A stretch of 64,000 bases of DNA, taken from positions 1,054,001-1,118,000 of the forward strand of contig CM102288.1 in assembly GCA_046563655.1 (NCBI GenBank), written 5' to 3'. Under the pieces are notes generated by a model. The model searched no databases. It had not been told where the DNA came from and saw only the letters and a list, made by a program, of their open reading frames with translations. Position 1 is the stretch's first letter, and each line of letters opens with the position of its first letter. The stretch is from Yuukianura sp. NJ FZ-2021 (Eukaryota). Of the stretch, positions 1 through 12,472 are shown in pieces. The position numbers were made by a program, and so were the translations under genes.

Positions 1-31
1 AGAATTTTCTAAAAAGTGAAAGTGTTGTTAC

Positions 32-246
32 CCCTTCCAGCACGCCGAGTTGGACACCGGACAGCACCCACAGTTACCAAATCCCATTGGAGGGCAACAT
101 CCTGCAAAAACAAACAAAAGTTCAATGACCTTGGGTTACTTTTTTAGAAAAAGTGACAAAAACTTTCAGAAAAAGTGTAATTTTTGGACAAAAACTGTAC
201 CTGGAGGTGGGACGATGGGACAACAGCAAGCATCCTTGTCACACAT
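32..246 (-). CDS. 5' part of a small Cys/Pro-rich protein gene (continues off the left edge)
   Basis: ATG at 246. Exons 246-201 and 101-32 joined by a GT-AG intron give MCDKDACCCPIVPPP-GCCPPMGFGNCGCCPVSNSACWKG, followed by another GT donor. Confidence 0.55.
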
Positions 247-606
247 GATGGAAACTGTCTTTGGTTAAGTTCTGGAGGAACAAGAAATTTTAGATTTTGA
301 AAAACTGAAAATTTTGAAGTCGCAGCTCCGACACAAGCGACCGTTCTCGACGAGAGCTGAAACAAGACTGAGCAAATCGCTGCTGCTGTCCTTGGCTGCT
401 CAATTTTTGGAATTGTTTGGGAAAAGTAAACAACCGAAAGAATTTGGTGCCAAGGCAACTGAAAACGACAAATGAAAAGTTAAGGTCAATCACCTTGTGC
501 AAAAGAAAAGTCAATAGTGATTTTCTTTTAATTATTTTTAAATCTTTGGTTTCGTTTCAATATTGCTACATAAAATCATTCGACACTTGGAATTGTTTTC
601 TGCTGT

Positions 607-3600
607 TCAGTTATCGAAGATAGTTGCCAAATCTTCCATGTTCTTTGCTTGTGTTTCCGTTTTGCCTCTGTGCACAAAAACAACAACTTCATCCTGTCTG
701 GCATTCTTGATCTTGTCGGATACTGCAGGAATCAGTCGCTGGATTTCGGTCAAGTCTTTCTCCAAATCCAGCGACAAAATGATTGTTCCGAGAGGGAAAA
801 ATTTCGTTTTCAAAAATTTCAGCTGAGGACTCTGCTCAAGCTTTTTTCCCAAAAGCAGAATTGATCCATAACCTTCTTGATGTGACGCAAACGAGGCTGT
901 CATGAGTGGAAGACTGATCGGCACTTTTGTCATGCGATCTTCAAACTAAAATTCAAAAAAATACAGTGCACATTTCTAAAAATTTTCGAAGTTTTTATGT
1001 GAACTAATACTTACTTGGTGGAAGATTTTTTCAACTTTTGCTTCATAATCTCCGTGAAACAGTGAATTGAGACGCATGAGGTTTATGAGGCTGGTAGAAT
1101 TTGAAGAAGGTTCGGCCCCATCATCATCTGAGAAGTTTAATTTAAAAAACAAGTTTTTTTTTTAAAAAAAGAGTGATTTTTTCAACAAACAAAAATTTTT
1201 TTTTCTACAAAACTTACCATCTTTGAGTCGTAAAATGGCTGACTTGTCATTGGCTCGACTTACAAAGTATCCTCCGCCATTCTCGTCCCAAAACAATTCA
1301 TCTTGTTTGTGCTGGAGCTGAAATTGAAGAAAAATCATCAATTTTAGAATGTAGAAGAAGAATTAGAATTTTCAGAAAATCAAAAATGCCAACCTGCAAC
1401 GCTAGTTCCAGATACTTTCCTTTTCCAGTCGCTTGAAAAACGTCTAGTAATGCACCAATAACATTTGCAAAGTCATCGACACAACCAGGTATTGGTTTGG
1501 CCAAATTCACAATTTGTCCATCCTTGTTAGAGTAACAAGTTCGCAGCAAATCTCCATCCACCATAAAATTCTGTTCCATAAAGCCAATTGATTTCTCCGC
1601 AATTTCTATGTAACGTTCATTGGAAAACAGAAATCCCGCTTGGGCAAAACCGGACGTCATGAGTCCTAAAATGGTAAAAAGTTCCAAAAGTGGTAAAATG
1701 TATAAAATCTGACATTTTTTGCACTGAGATGAATGTAGATCGTACCGTTCCAAGATGCGATGAATTTGTTGTCAAGATGTGGTCTTGGGCGATTTGCATT
1801 TCTCCAGTTAAAGAGTTTACCTCGAATGTTTTCCAGTTCCGTTACAACTTCGTCGTTTGAAATTTCAAAGTCGGTTGCCAGTTGTGATACTTCCTTGTCC
1901 ACAAATAATACATTTTGATTCTTCAATTCATCATGTGGATCCTGGTAAGGATCCACGTTTCCATTCGGCTTGATTCCGAATCTGGCACAGGCAAGGTCAC
2001 TCAATTTCTTTCCGTTGGACAGTTTACTTCCTTCAAAAATTGTTTCAATTTCCTTGTGCTGGAAAACATAAAATGCTCCTTCTTTCTTCTCTGTTGAAGT
2101 TGCCGTAGGCAGTGAATCAGCGTCTTCCGCGCTGTAGAATCCTCCAGCCTAAAAACATTATAAAATGTTAAGGTGTTAAAAAATATGTTAATTTTTAAAA
2201 GTTTTACCTCAACAGTCATGTCTCTGTTGACATACGTCAAAATTTCGTGAGCAACTTCAGCAAATTTTTCGTCTTTGGATAAGAGGTAGGCATTCAAGTA
2301 GGCAGTCACAAGTTGCCCTTGATCGTAAAGCATTTTTTCAAAATGAGGTACATGCCATTTCTTGTCTGTTGAATAACGACAGAACCCGAGTCCAAGGTGA
2401 TCGTAAATTCCTCCTTTCCGCATCATTGTCAGAGTTCTTTCGACCATTTTGAATGTGTCTTTGTTTTTTCTGGAGTAATGCATCAAAAACTGGAGGTTCA
2501 CGGGTTGCGGAAACTTTGGTGATTCACTGAATCCGCCTAAATGATAAAATAAGAAAATTAAAATAAAATTGAAGTGCATTATTTCAAAAAATTAGCAGTT
2601 GGTAAAATTTTTACCAAATGCAGGTTCGTAGGATCGTGCCAATTGACTTCTGCATTTGTCTGGAGCTCCGTTGGGTAGCGTTTTGCTAACAGGTAAAACA
2701 GTAGATTTCACCAACACATCGATGATTTTCTCTCCCGAAGTCAAACATTTTGCTTGGTTTTCCTCCCACTGTAAAACAACAGAGCCATTCGTTCCAAAAA
2801 ATGTTAAAGATTACTTGCGTTTAAACCATAAACAGATTTATTGACATCTTACATGCTCAGAGATTGTAAGGAGAAGCGCTTTGAACCCAGGTCTGCCGTA
2901 GTATCTGTCCTCTGGCGGGAAATAAGTGCCGGCATAGAATGGGAGAAGATCCGGAGTCATCCAAACAGACATTGGCCATCCACCGGAACCAGAAATTGCT
3001 TGAACAACTTTCATGTAAATTCCATCGATGTTTGGACGTTCTATCAGATCAGAAATCAGAAATGTTGCAAAAGACTCAAGTAAGTTATTGAAAAGCTAAC
3101 CTTCTCTGTCCAATTTGATGCTTATGAACTTGGCATTCATAATGTCGGCGATCGCCTGATTTTCGAAACTTTCTCGCTCCATTACATGACACCAGTGACA
3201 AGTGGAATAACCTGTGACATCAAAGATCAAACATTCATGTTAAATAGCGAGACTAGACTCGTTACTCGTCACGTTCCATCAAAAAGTAGTTCCTTTCTTA
3301 CCGGACGATAGAAATATCGGCTTTCCCGATGCGCGAGCCAGTTCCAAAGTATCGTCATTCCACGGCAGCCTGAAAAATTAAACAAACAGATTATTAGTAT
3401 CTTCAAAATAAGTCCATCGCTTTGAAAATACTTACCAGTGTACTGGATTGTGCTGGTGCTGGAGAAGATAAGGTGAGAGTTCGTCTTTTAGTCTGTTCGT
3501 CATTGTACCCAAAACGCGACTACGATTGTGAAATCTTGACGTAATGAACCTCAGGAAGCCTGTACGACCCGAACCTACAAGTCCTGATTTCGAACCAAAT

Positions 3601-3611
3601 CCTACCAACAT
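607..3611 (-). CDS. SPATA20: Spermatogenesis-associated protein 20 (thioredoxin-like + six-hairpin glycosidase-like, YyaL family), multi-exon
   Basis: Spliced motifs [89 protein letters not shown]. An in-frame upstream ATG at 3611 adds an Arg/Ser-rich presequence-like leader to the ATG at 3503. Confidence 0.92.
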
Positions 3612-6600
3612 TCGAACTGGAGTTTTGAAGATTAAATTATTCGAAGTATAGTAACGTTACGTACCTAGTTACAAATGGGCTACTGCCGACTTTAACAGTT
3701 GAGGTCACGGTCACTGTCACACTGTCAGCTCTGTTATGCTACCGAAGGAACGTGGCAACGACGCAGTAAGACAATTACACCCGAGTTTCAAGTTACCAAA
3801 AATCAATGATTAATGTTGAAAACATTAATCAGTGAAAAAGAACTGATTAATTGCTTAATCGATACTCGGCACTGATTAAAACTCTTCCCTCTTCCTAGTC
3901 TGTAATTCAAATGCTCATAATAATAGAGAAACAGATGTTTACGTAAACATAAACACATAAATCAAGTGTAAACACAAAACATTGATCATGAATTTCAAAA
4001 ACTTGAATTTGCTTCCCGCTCTTTTTAAATTCAAGGTCTTCAAAAACCTTTGTCACAATAGGCCAATTTGAATTAACCCGGGTTTGACCAATCTTCACAG
4101 TTCCAAACCGGCCAATCAAATTCCAGCATTTCAAATGGACCAATCAAATGCAAATTTAATTGCGGGAAGCGACGGTTGAATTTGAATTTGCTTCACACGG
4201 CATTCCCACCACTTTAATTTAGATGCTAATATCAACACGTTTAGACAAATTCATGATAAAGAAGTTTCGAACGTTGCTTCTCTTCAAAATGGCTACCCAA
4301 ATTTTTAAAAAAAGCGGGAAACAGTTAAAAATTTGGCTCTACACTGCTAGTTTTTACAAAATAACGAAATGTTTGAGAAATAACACGTTTTAACAATAGT
4401 TGATTTAAATATTAGCGCACGTGCCGCTTGAAATTAAACATCAACCATTTTATGGCGGTGTTGGTGCTAATAAATAATCTGAAGTTAAATGTTTAATCGC
4501 TGTTTTATCTGGTACTAAATCTTAAAATCCAATTTAGCCACAGTACAAGATAGACACTTCAAAAACGCCACGGCTGCGCAGGTATGCTATGGGAAGTTCG
4601 CAGGTTTTTCCTTTCTTTTGTTTTGTTTTGTTTGAATCTTCGGTGGGTTTTGTAGGGTTTTTGAACCTAAAAGTATTTTTACCACGCAATATTCAGTTGA
4701 GTCTAGGCCTGTTGATTTGTGAAACATAAAAACCGATTGCAGTTTTTCTAGAACACTCCGTACTACTTAGAAGTTCGTTCGTACAGTTTTTCTCTATGCA
4801 ATAAGTTTCATGGAAAATCTTTACAAGGGCGAAGGTCATACAAGAAATAACAAATCGAGAATATTCTCATGTTCAAAAGTCCTGCTGTTTTCAAAGGAAG
4901 TAAGATCATAATACATGTTTCATTTACATTATACTGTTTAATTTACTATTATTTAACACCGTGTGAAACTTCTAGCGTGAAATCTGACCTTGAGGACCAA
5001 ATTTAAGTGCAAAACAAGCCCACACCCACCGTCCAGAGTTTACCAGTTACCACCATATACGATTACTACATGCACTTCATTCGAGATTTAACTGGAAACG
5101 ATTTTTACCTTCACAAAAGAGTTGACGATCAACTTTTAGCGTCATCATTTATGAAAAGCGTCTTCAGCTATCGTCAGTTTTGTTTTTATAAACAGCTTTT
5201 GGTAAGCATGATTTTTTGTTTTCAAGTCAAGATCATGTTTTTTTCATTTCGAAAATGAACAAGTTTCTCAGATGATTCGGGTATTTTCTACTACATGAAA
5301 ATTTGCAAGTTAGTGATTAACTATTGGAGCATTTTACTATGAAATGACTAGCAATTTTCGTAACAGCAACAAAGTCTTTATGTTTGCGCTAAAGTAACGC
5401 ATATTTTTAACCCATATTTTCTACATGCACTTATGAAATAGTGTCGCTCTTGCTTTGACTATAACCGACCGACATCATTTCATGTTTTGTGCTTTACTTT
5501 TGACTAAAATGGGCGTTTATGGCAATGGGTAATGGGTGTTAGTGTTGTACAACACGTAACACATGAATTGATAACTTTTAATTAGTACATTTAACCTTGA
5601 CTTACTTAGTTATAACTAACCCTTCACATCTTCTGATTTTTACACAAAGTATTTTTTGGTCCTACTCCAAACTTTAGTGCATAATTTTCACTTCTGTTTA
5701 ATCAAAATGATTAACGGAGGTGTTCAAAAACTAAGTCGTACGTAAAACTAAGCAAAAGTCTTGTACTTAATTGTACAATGCCTACTTAAAGAAGTCGTTA
5801 ATTACTTTGTTGCAAAATCAAAGTAACTGCAGCCTTTGGTATTAAATTCCTTGTATTGTATTTTAGCAGTATTGCCTTGTATGTAAAGGTAAAAGTTCGA
5901 CAACTTTGAGTACAATTTGACAATTTGAGTCTTTGAACTTTCTTTGTTTTACATTTAAAAGTCAATATCCTGCTTTTTTTTCTAAAGTTGTTTTTATCCT
6001 TGCATTAACATGCTTATATACTTAGCATTTTCAACGCGTAAGTGCTGGAATCTATTATTTGTGTTGTTGTGTTTTTGCTGGAGCTTTTAAACACTTCATC
6101 TTCGTGTGTTGTTATTTTTTTTTTGCACACGGAGATAGAAATGAGGTTTAGCCTTGATCCACCAAACTGTTTTTTCTGGATTATATTTGCATTTGTTTTT
6201 GCGTCTTTGCTATTATCCAAAGCTAAAACTGAGTTCACTCAATCAGGAGCTTCAAAAAAAAAGCTAAACAGTAAATTTTCGTTGCAATTTTTGAAATTCT
6301 CATTGAGAAAACTGGCTGGCTGAGGTCAAAAAAATATTTTAGACTTTATTTGGTTCACAGCGGGAAGCAATTTGAACAAAACGCCTAGTTTTTTTTTTCT
6401 ATTTTGCTGCTGAAAACATTAAGGTGGGAGAAGTCTTGAAGTTTTTACCACAAAATATTTTGTGCAAATTGAAGTATGTGAATGAAAAGCAACTCAAAGT
6501 GTGCTTGGGTGAGTCAGTCGATTGGAGTGGCGTCTCTCTGAAACTTTAAGTTGGAAGCGGATTGAATCTTGCCAATTCTTTGCCAATTATAAATTAGAAG

Positions 6601-6766
6601 CGCAAAAACTTAACCGCAACTTACACAATTCAGAATTGATTTCCAGCTCGAAATTAAACCTACTCCAGCACAGTTTCTAATGAAGTGATTTTGTTTTTAT
6701 GTTTTTAGATCTCTTGTTTGTGAATTGTGTTAAGAAGTGGTGTTTTTGAAGACGAAAATACTGAAA

Positions 6767-9700
6767 ATGTTTCGAAAATTGTCAAAGTTACATCAGCAGC
6801 GACCAGTCGCCTCAACGCAATACGAGAAAAATCAATGTGAAGATTGTGACCCCAATAACAAAAAGAAGTGCTCTGAATGCTCACATGCAGAATGTAAGTT
6901 AAAAAAATATGTTTTTGTCAATTTGCTTATTTCAGATTCATTGTAATTTTGTGGCACGTTTTGCCGAATTTCTTGACAAAATTGAACTTGCAGAAAACAA
7001 AAAAATGACAACAAGCGAGCCATAACGTGCAGAACCTTGTCAATTTACATTTTTTTTATTAAGGTTACTCAACACTTTTGTGCAATTTTATTTTTTACAT
7101 AAAAAGGAGATTCTCACGTTCACTTTTTATTGGATTGAATTCAACACGAACATTGTTTTATGTTCAGTTTTCATGTCACGGTTTTTGTCAATGTAAACGT
7201 TCGTTTAAAACTCAAAATTCTTGAAAACCGTAAATTTTGGAAGTTCAAACTCTTGAAATGTCGTAACGGTAAGCTGAACTTCGATTGACTTGCAGTTTCG
7301 AAAAAAATTACCTTGCTCAAAACCGGTCCTCATTAAGCAATCCAATTTAAGATTTTTTCTCAATCACATTTGAAAATCATGGTTACTCAATTAGGAAATT
7401 TGAAAGATTTTTTTTAAATTTTGAATTTTAAATTTTCTTGTTCCAGATTTTGAGTGGGAGTGGGATAACGATCCAGCAGAACCAAAAGCCGAATTCAGAG
7501 ATGGTGGAAAACATGTTTTCTTTAACCCAGGATTTTCAGTTGGTAAAATGAACATGAGATGAAATTTTTTTGCAACATTTCAAAATTTCAAGATTTACAA
7601 TAACACGTACAATTTTTTTTTCGTTTTTTAGGAACCGTGGCAGTACGCGGAACGACACCGCTTAGAAAAGGGGTTCACCATTTTTTTGAAATTGAAATGT
7701 CTACAGAAGTTTACGGAACTGACATGGTAAATAACCTTTAAAAACTAAAACAAACATTAAAGTGCTATGCTATGATCGTGTTTTGATGAGTAAGCTATGT
7801 GTTTGCAAGAAAATGTTCTCTGTAAGGTCAATACGGAAGACGATAGAGATAGAACTCTAATCGTGTTTACAATTCTAAAGTTAAAGTGATTTTTTTAAGT
7901 TGCAGCATTTTCAAAAAGAAATGTTGTTACAATTTTTTGCAGACGCGCCTCCTGTGCTAAAGTGAACGATAATGGGTTAAAGTGATATCACCGAGTTCAG
8001 TTCAATTCATTGAAGTTTTTGCACAAAGAAAACCATGTTTTAGCACACAAAGATACCATTTTTGTAAACTGCAAATTTTTTCTACACAAAAACTGGACAT
8101 AACAGTTTTACAGTTGCGGCAGTTCAAAAAATAAGGAAGGATTTTTGCTTTAAACTGAGAGCTACACACGCGGTTATCACAAATTGCATAATTTTTTGTC
8201 CTACTTTTCGTTAATCTGAAGCTTTTCAGTAAAATCAAAAGTTGATGCGCTAATTATGAGAGACTTTTTAATCATAACTTTAACTGGAACGCGGATGTTT
8301 TGATTTTTGTAAAATTTTAATTTTTAGTCTTAAAACTTAAAATGTTTGTTGAATTTTTAACGTTCAAATGCTTCTCCTTGAGACATAGACTATAAGCGTG
8401 AGCCGTGTGAAAATGCTCAATATTTTTCTCCCTCTAAATTGCAAAATTTGCAATTTCCTTTGTAGTTAACCTTACACAAAGATGGGAACTGCAAAGACTG
8501 CAATCGTCCTTCGACTTTTTAATGAAACTGAAACCAAAACTGGATTTACGAGCCAAGCCTTTAAACCGTGTTTAGCACTTTGCGCAGACTTAGAGTTTAT
8601 AGTCGCTCTATTACATAGTTAGAGTAAATATTATTCCAAAACTGGAGAAAAACAATGAAAAAAGTGAACCAGACGAGTGAATAAAATACAGACAATTTGG
8701 ATTGTTGTTGACATTGACCTTGCTTGGACTAGGGAGTTACCTTATGTGAAAATGCCTAAACACGATGAAGGTCACAAATAAAATTTCCATTGTTCTTTTT
8801 TGTGGTTTTTACTAGATGATCGGCATTGGAACGGAGAAAACTAACCTACGGAGATACAATCATAATTTTGTGAGCTTCCTTGGATATGATGAAGAGTCTT
8901 GGGGATTATCCTATAATGGAGATATTCAACATAATGGTCAGAAAGCTCATGAACTTAAGCAATTTTCAAAAAATAAGTTCGAAATTTGGAAAAAATGGTT
9001 TGGATTTTTGAATTTCAGGATTTACAAAGTCCTACACCACTGCCTTCTGTCAGGGCGATGTGATTGGGGTACATGTTGACCTTTGGGCTGGAACGCTCGA
9101 GTACTATTTGAATCGAAAGCCATTAGGTAAGATACCAAAAATTGCAATTGAAAATTTTGATTGCAAAAAAAGAACGCAATTTTAAAAAGCGATTTCAAAA
9201 TTTCAAAAGTAATTTTTAGTTCTGTTTGATGTGTGACAGGAATTGCCTTCAGAAATATCAAAAACCGAACTTTGTATCCAATGGTCAGCAGTACGGCAGG
9301 TGAGGAGTGCTTTCACTTTTCAATTTTTTTAAAAACTAACTTGAGACTTTTTTTTTTGAATTTTAGCACGGAGCGGCATGACCTTAACTTATGCCAGGTC
9401 ATTTGAACACACTCTGCAACTCCAGACTCTCCTCCACCTCGGCAGACAAACCTACTGGCATCAGAATACTTCTGTATTCAATTGCCATGAATTACCGCCA
9501 GGACTTACCCGATTTTTCAAAACTAACTTTTGGTGGGTAACTTGCCATAAGGAAGACAAGAAAGATGAAATTTGCCAGCATGACACGAAACAAGTCACTT
9601 CAAGACTTCGAAGAAAGAAGGCTCCATCTTCGTCCACTGACGAATCAGATTCAGATTTGGGTTCCAATTCAGAAACAACAGAAAACTTAAAGAAAGATGC

Positions 9701-9812
9701 TGGGGAAGTTGGAAGTAGTTCGCATCCAGCATCCGGATCGGTTCACTCTCGTACAAGACAAATTCCAGAAAGCAAGAGGTTGCGTCTGCGCTCCTTCAAT
9801 AGAGAAAACTGA
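6767..9812 (+). CDS. SPSB3: SPRY domain-containing SOCS box protein 3-like, about 7 coding exons
   Basis: Exons give FEWEWD..., GTVAVRG...HHFFEIEMSTEVYGTDM|MIGIGT...FVSFLGYDEESWGLSYNG, QGDVIGVHVDLWAGTLEYYLNRKPLGIAF, LYPMVSSTAARSGM and a SOCS-box-like TLQLQTL. GT-AG junctions are canonical. Confidence 0.85.
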
Positions 9813-10524
9813 CACAGAATTTGGACAAGGTTTTTGATTGCTGGCAGAATTTGTGGTGGATCAGGAATGGAAAATTGGAATTCCAATGGAATCGAGAGTG
9901 ACCTGGAAAGAAGCTAGAAATAAGACTTTTGATACAGAGTTCGACATTCGACATTCGAGATTATGTTTATAACGATTCGATTTTTTTCGAATCGGTGAAA
10001 CTTCAACTTGTACTTGTACGGAAATGTGATGTAGAAGAAATAACTTATTTATTTTTAAACTAACTTAATTCTGCCATTATCATTCTGGTTATGACAAGCA
10101 TTTGCTTAAAAGTAGGGCTGCTTAATAGTTGTAGGAGAAATTACAATTTGTTGTTAGGATTTTGTAATTTTTGGACAAACTGAAATTAATTGTGACTTAA
10201 ATTACAAAAATCTGTAAGGTGACAGGCTTCTTTAAGGTTAGTTTAGAATTTGTTGTGTGTATTTAAAATATTTACTATTTGTTAGTTAAATTAGGTTTAT
10301 GCCAATTAAATCTACAGCAAGATCGAACAGTTCGAGTTGTAAGACCTTGAATTTTTTTTTCATTCATAATTGAATTGCTATAGAAATGGAGAGTTTCATT
10401 TAAATATTTTTTAGATCTCTGTTTATCCCCTCTATAGGACTGCTCGTTTTTGCAAAACTTGTCATTATTTTCAAATTCGTTTCAACAAATTTTTTTGTCA
10501 TTCGCTTCAACATTTTCTTTTGTA

Positions 10525-11364
10525 ATGGCTACCGAACGCTGTCTGTTTGTCCAGTGGCTCCAGTACTTTGTCCAGGACGTGGTTCCAGGAGCTTTTGCCT
10601 TCGGAGGTGCCATTTGCTTCGTACAATTCATCTCCCAGAGCTACCAAAATACATTGGAATCCGGGTATCTTTCAATTTACATGTACTTTGGCATCGGCAT
10701 AGCCCTGCTCTACATCATCCCTACCGGGATTTCCATTTACGCGGGCTACAAAATCGGACCAATCACAATCGGCGACATTACGTTCCGCCCGTACTGGCAC
10801 TTGGCACTTCCTCATGAAGAACCGGTAGACATCTTTGGACCAACGCAAGTAACTGAATACCGACAACACCCGAACCCTACTCCGGAACAATCCGACTCCG
10901 AAACCGACGACGATCTGGATCGGTACTGCCAAGAGCGCCAGAACGTGTTGAACCAAGTGATGAACATCAACTTAATCTGTGAAAATTGTATTCAAATAAT
11001 GTTGCGGCAACTGAAGCAAGTCAGAATAGAAGTGAACCGGCAGCGATACATTTGCGAAGACGATGCTCGGCACGACGCTTTGAAGCGTTGTGTTCCTGTG
11101 AAGCTTACGCCAGCCGAAGACAAAATGCTTACAGACAGAAGTCAAACTGTGAATATCGGAAGATTTTTGGACCAGGCTTTACCGAATACAAAGCGGCAGA
11201 GACTCCATGAACCGAAAAAGCGATTTGCGGTCAACGAGGTCATCAAGTTCAAACCGGTACATTGTCCACCGCTTCCACAAATTTGTTGTGTTCCTCAAGC
11301 GGCGCAGGGTGACGATGGACCGAACCAATGGAAACGCTGGCAGCCTTACTTTTACATGGACTAA
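10525..11364 (+). CDS. Intronless hypothetical protein (279 aa) with two N-terminal hydrophobic, probably transmembrane, segments
   Basis: Long uninterrupted ORF that is more GC-rich than its flanks. Hydrophobic stretches VVPGAFAFGGAICFVQFI and YLSIYMYFGIGIALLYIIPTGISIYAGY. No family recognised. Confidence 0.6.
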   Translation: MATERCLFVQWLQYFVQDVVPGAFAFGGAICFVQFISQSYQNTLESGYLSIYMYFGIGIALLYIIPTGISIYAGYKIGPITIGDITFRPYWHLALPHEEPVDIFGPTQVTEYRQHPNPTPEQSDSETDDDLDRYCQERQNVLNQVMNINLICENCIQIMLRQLKQVRIEVNRQRYICEDDARHDALKRCVPVKLTPAEDKMLTDRSQTVNIGRFLDQALPNTKRQRLHEPKKRFAVNEVIKFKPVHCPPLPQICCVPQAAQGDDGPNQWKRWQPYFYMD

Positions 11365-12472
11365 CAACTTTATAACCAAAAAAGAATCCGAGAAATTGTA
11401 TAAAAATTGGATTGAGCATTGCAAAAATTTGACAAACCTTTGAACAAATTTGTGAAAATTTTGACTTTTTGTATCGATTCACTCCGTTTTCAATGGATTT
11501 TTTGAAGTCTTCAGTCCAATTTGTAGCGTTTATAATAGAAAGAACTGCACGTTTCTGGACAATCTTCTTAATTCCTTTGGTGAGCTGCTAACTTTTAGTG
11601 ATGGTTTTTGATTTCCGTCTTTTCGTTTATCCCGAAAATGCGTGAATCGCATCTCTCTCGTTGGTTTTTCGGTTAGAAGAGGCGAAGTAAGGGGAAGAAG
11701 CGAGTAATTTCATTAAATGTAACAAGCTTCCCACTACGCTGAAACCGCATCTGAGGCCCTTGGGACACATTCCAATAGTTACTTCCCCCACTTCCACCAT
11801 GCATTTCCAACATCACAAGAAAAAAAAATTCCCAAAAAGCACTAGGAAAAGGAAAAGTTTGTTCAGAAGATCAGTTCCAGAAAATTGCTAGTCCAGAGAG
11901 ACCAACTTCCAGTCGGAAAACTAACCAACCGAAAACAGTTCAAACTAACTGTTTATGTTCTACACGATTCAAACAGACTTCCAACCTTTCAACTCTGATT
12001 TTTATGCTAAAAATATCAATAGGAGTGGATTCAGCATTGAAACTTTTTCAAAAGAACACAAAAGTTGAAATTCCACAAAATTCAACCGACCGAAGAGAAA
12101 AATGGGAGCCAAATTTTCATTTTCTGAATTACTTGTTTCTTTGCACGAATAAGATTTTCGGAAAAATTGAAACCTGTGTTCTGGATTCTGAAATTTTGAA
12201 AAAAAAAATTTAGAAGCATTGTTTCCTTTAATAACCAAACGTTAAGTTCGAGTACGAATTTGGCATCCAAAAAGCGTGATCTCTGTGATATGTTAACACA
12301 GCAGAGGAATTAGAACAAAAAAAAACGGAATTTGCTAAAATTCTAAAAACTGGCGACAATTTGCTACCACTTAAATTGGTTTTAAGTTATTACGAATGAC
12401 TAAAGGCTAAACCGATGATTCACTAAAGTTAACTAACTTTTTAATTAGTTAAAATTGTAATTAATTGTAAGT

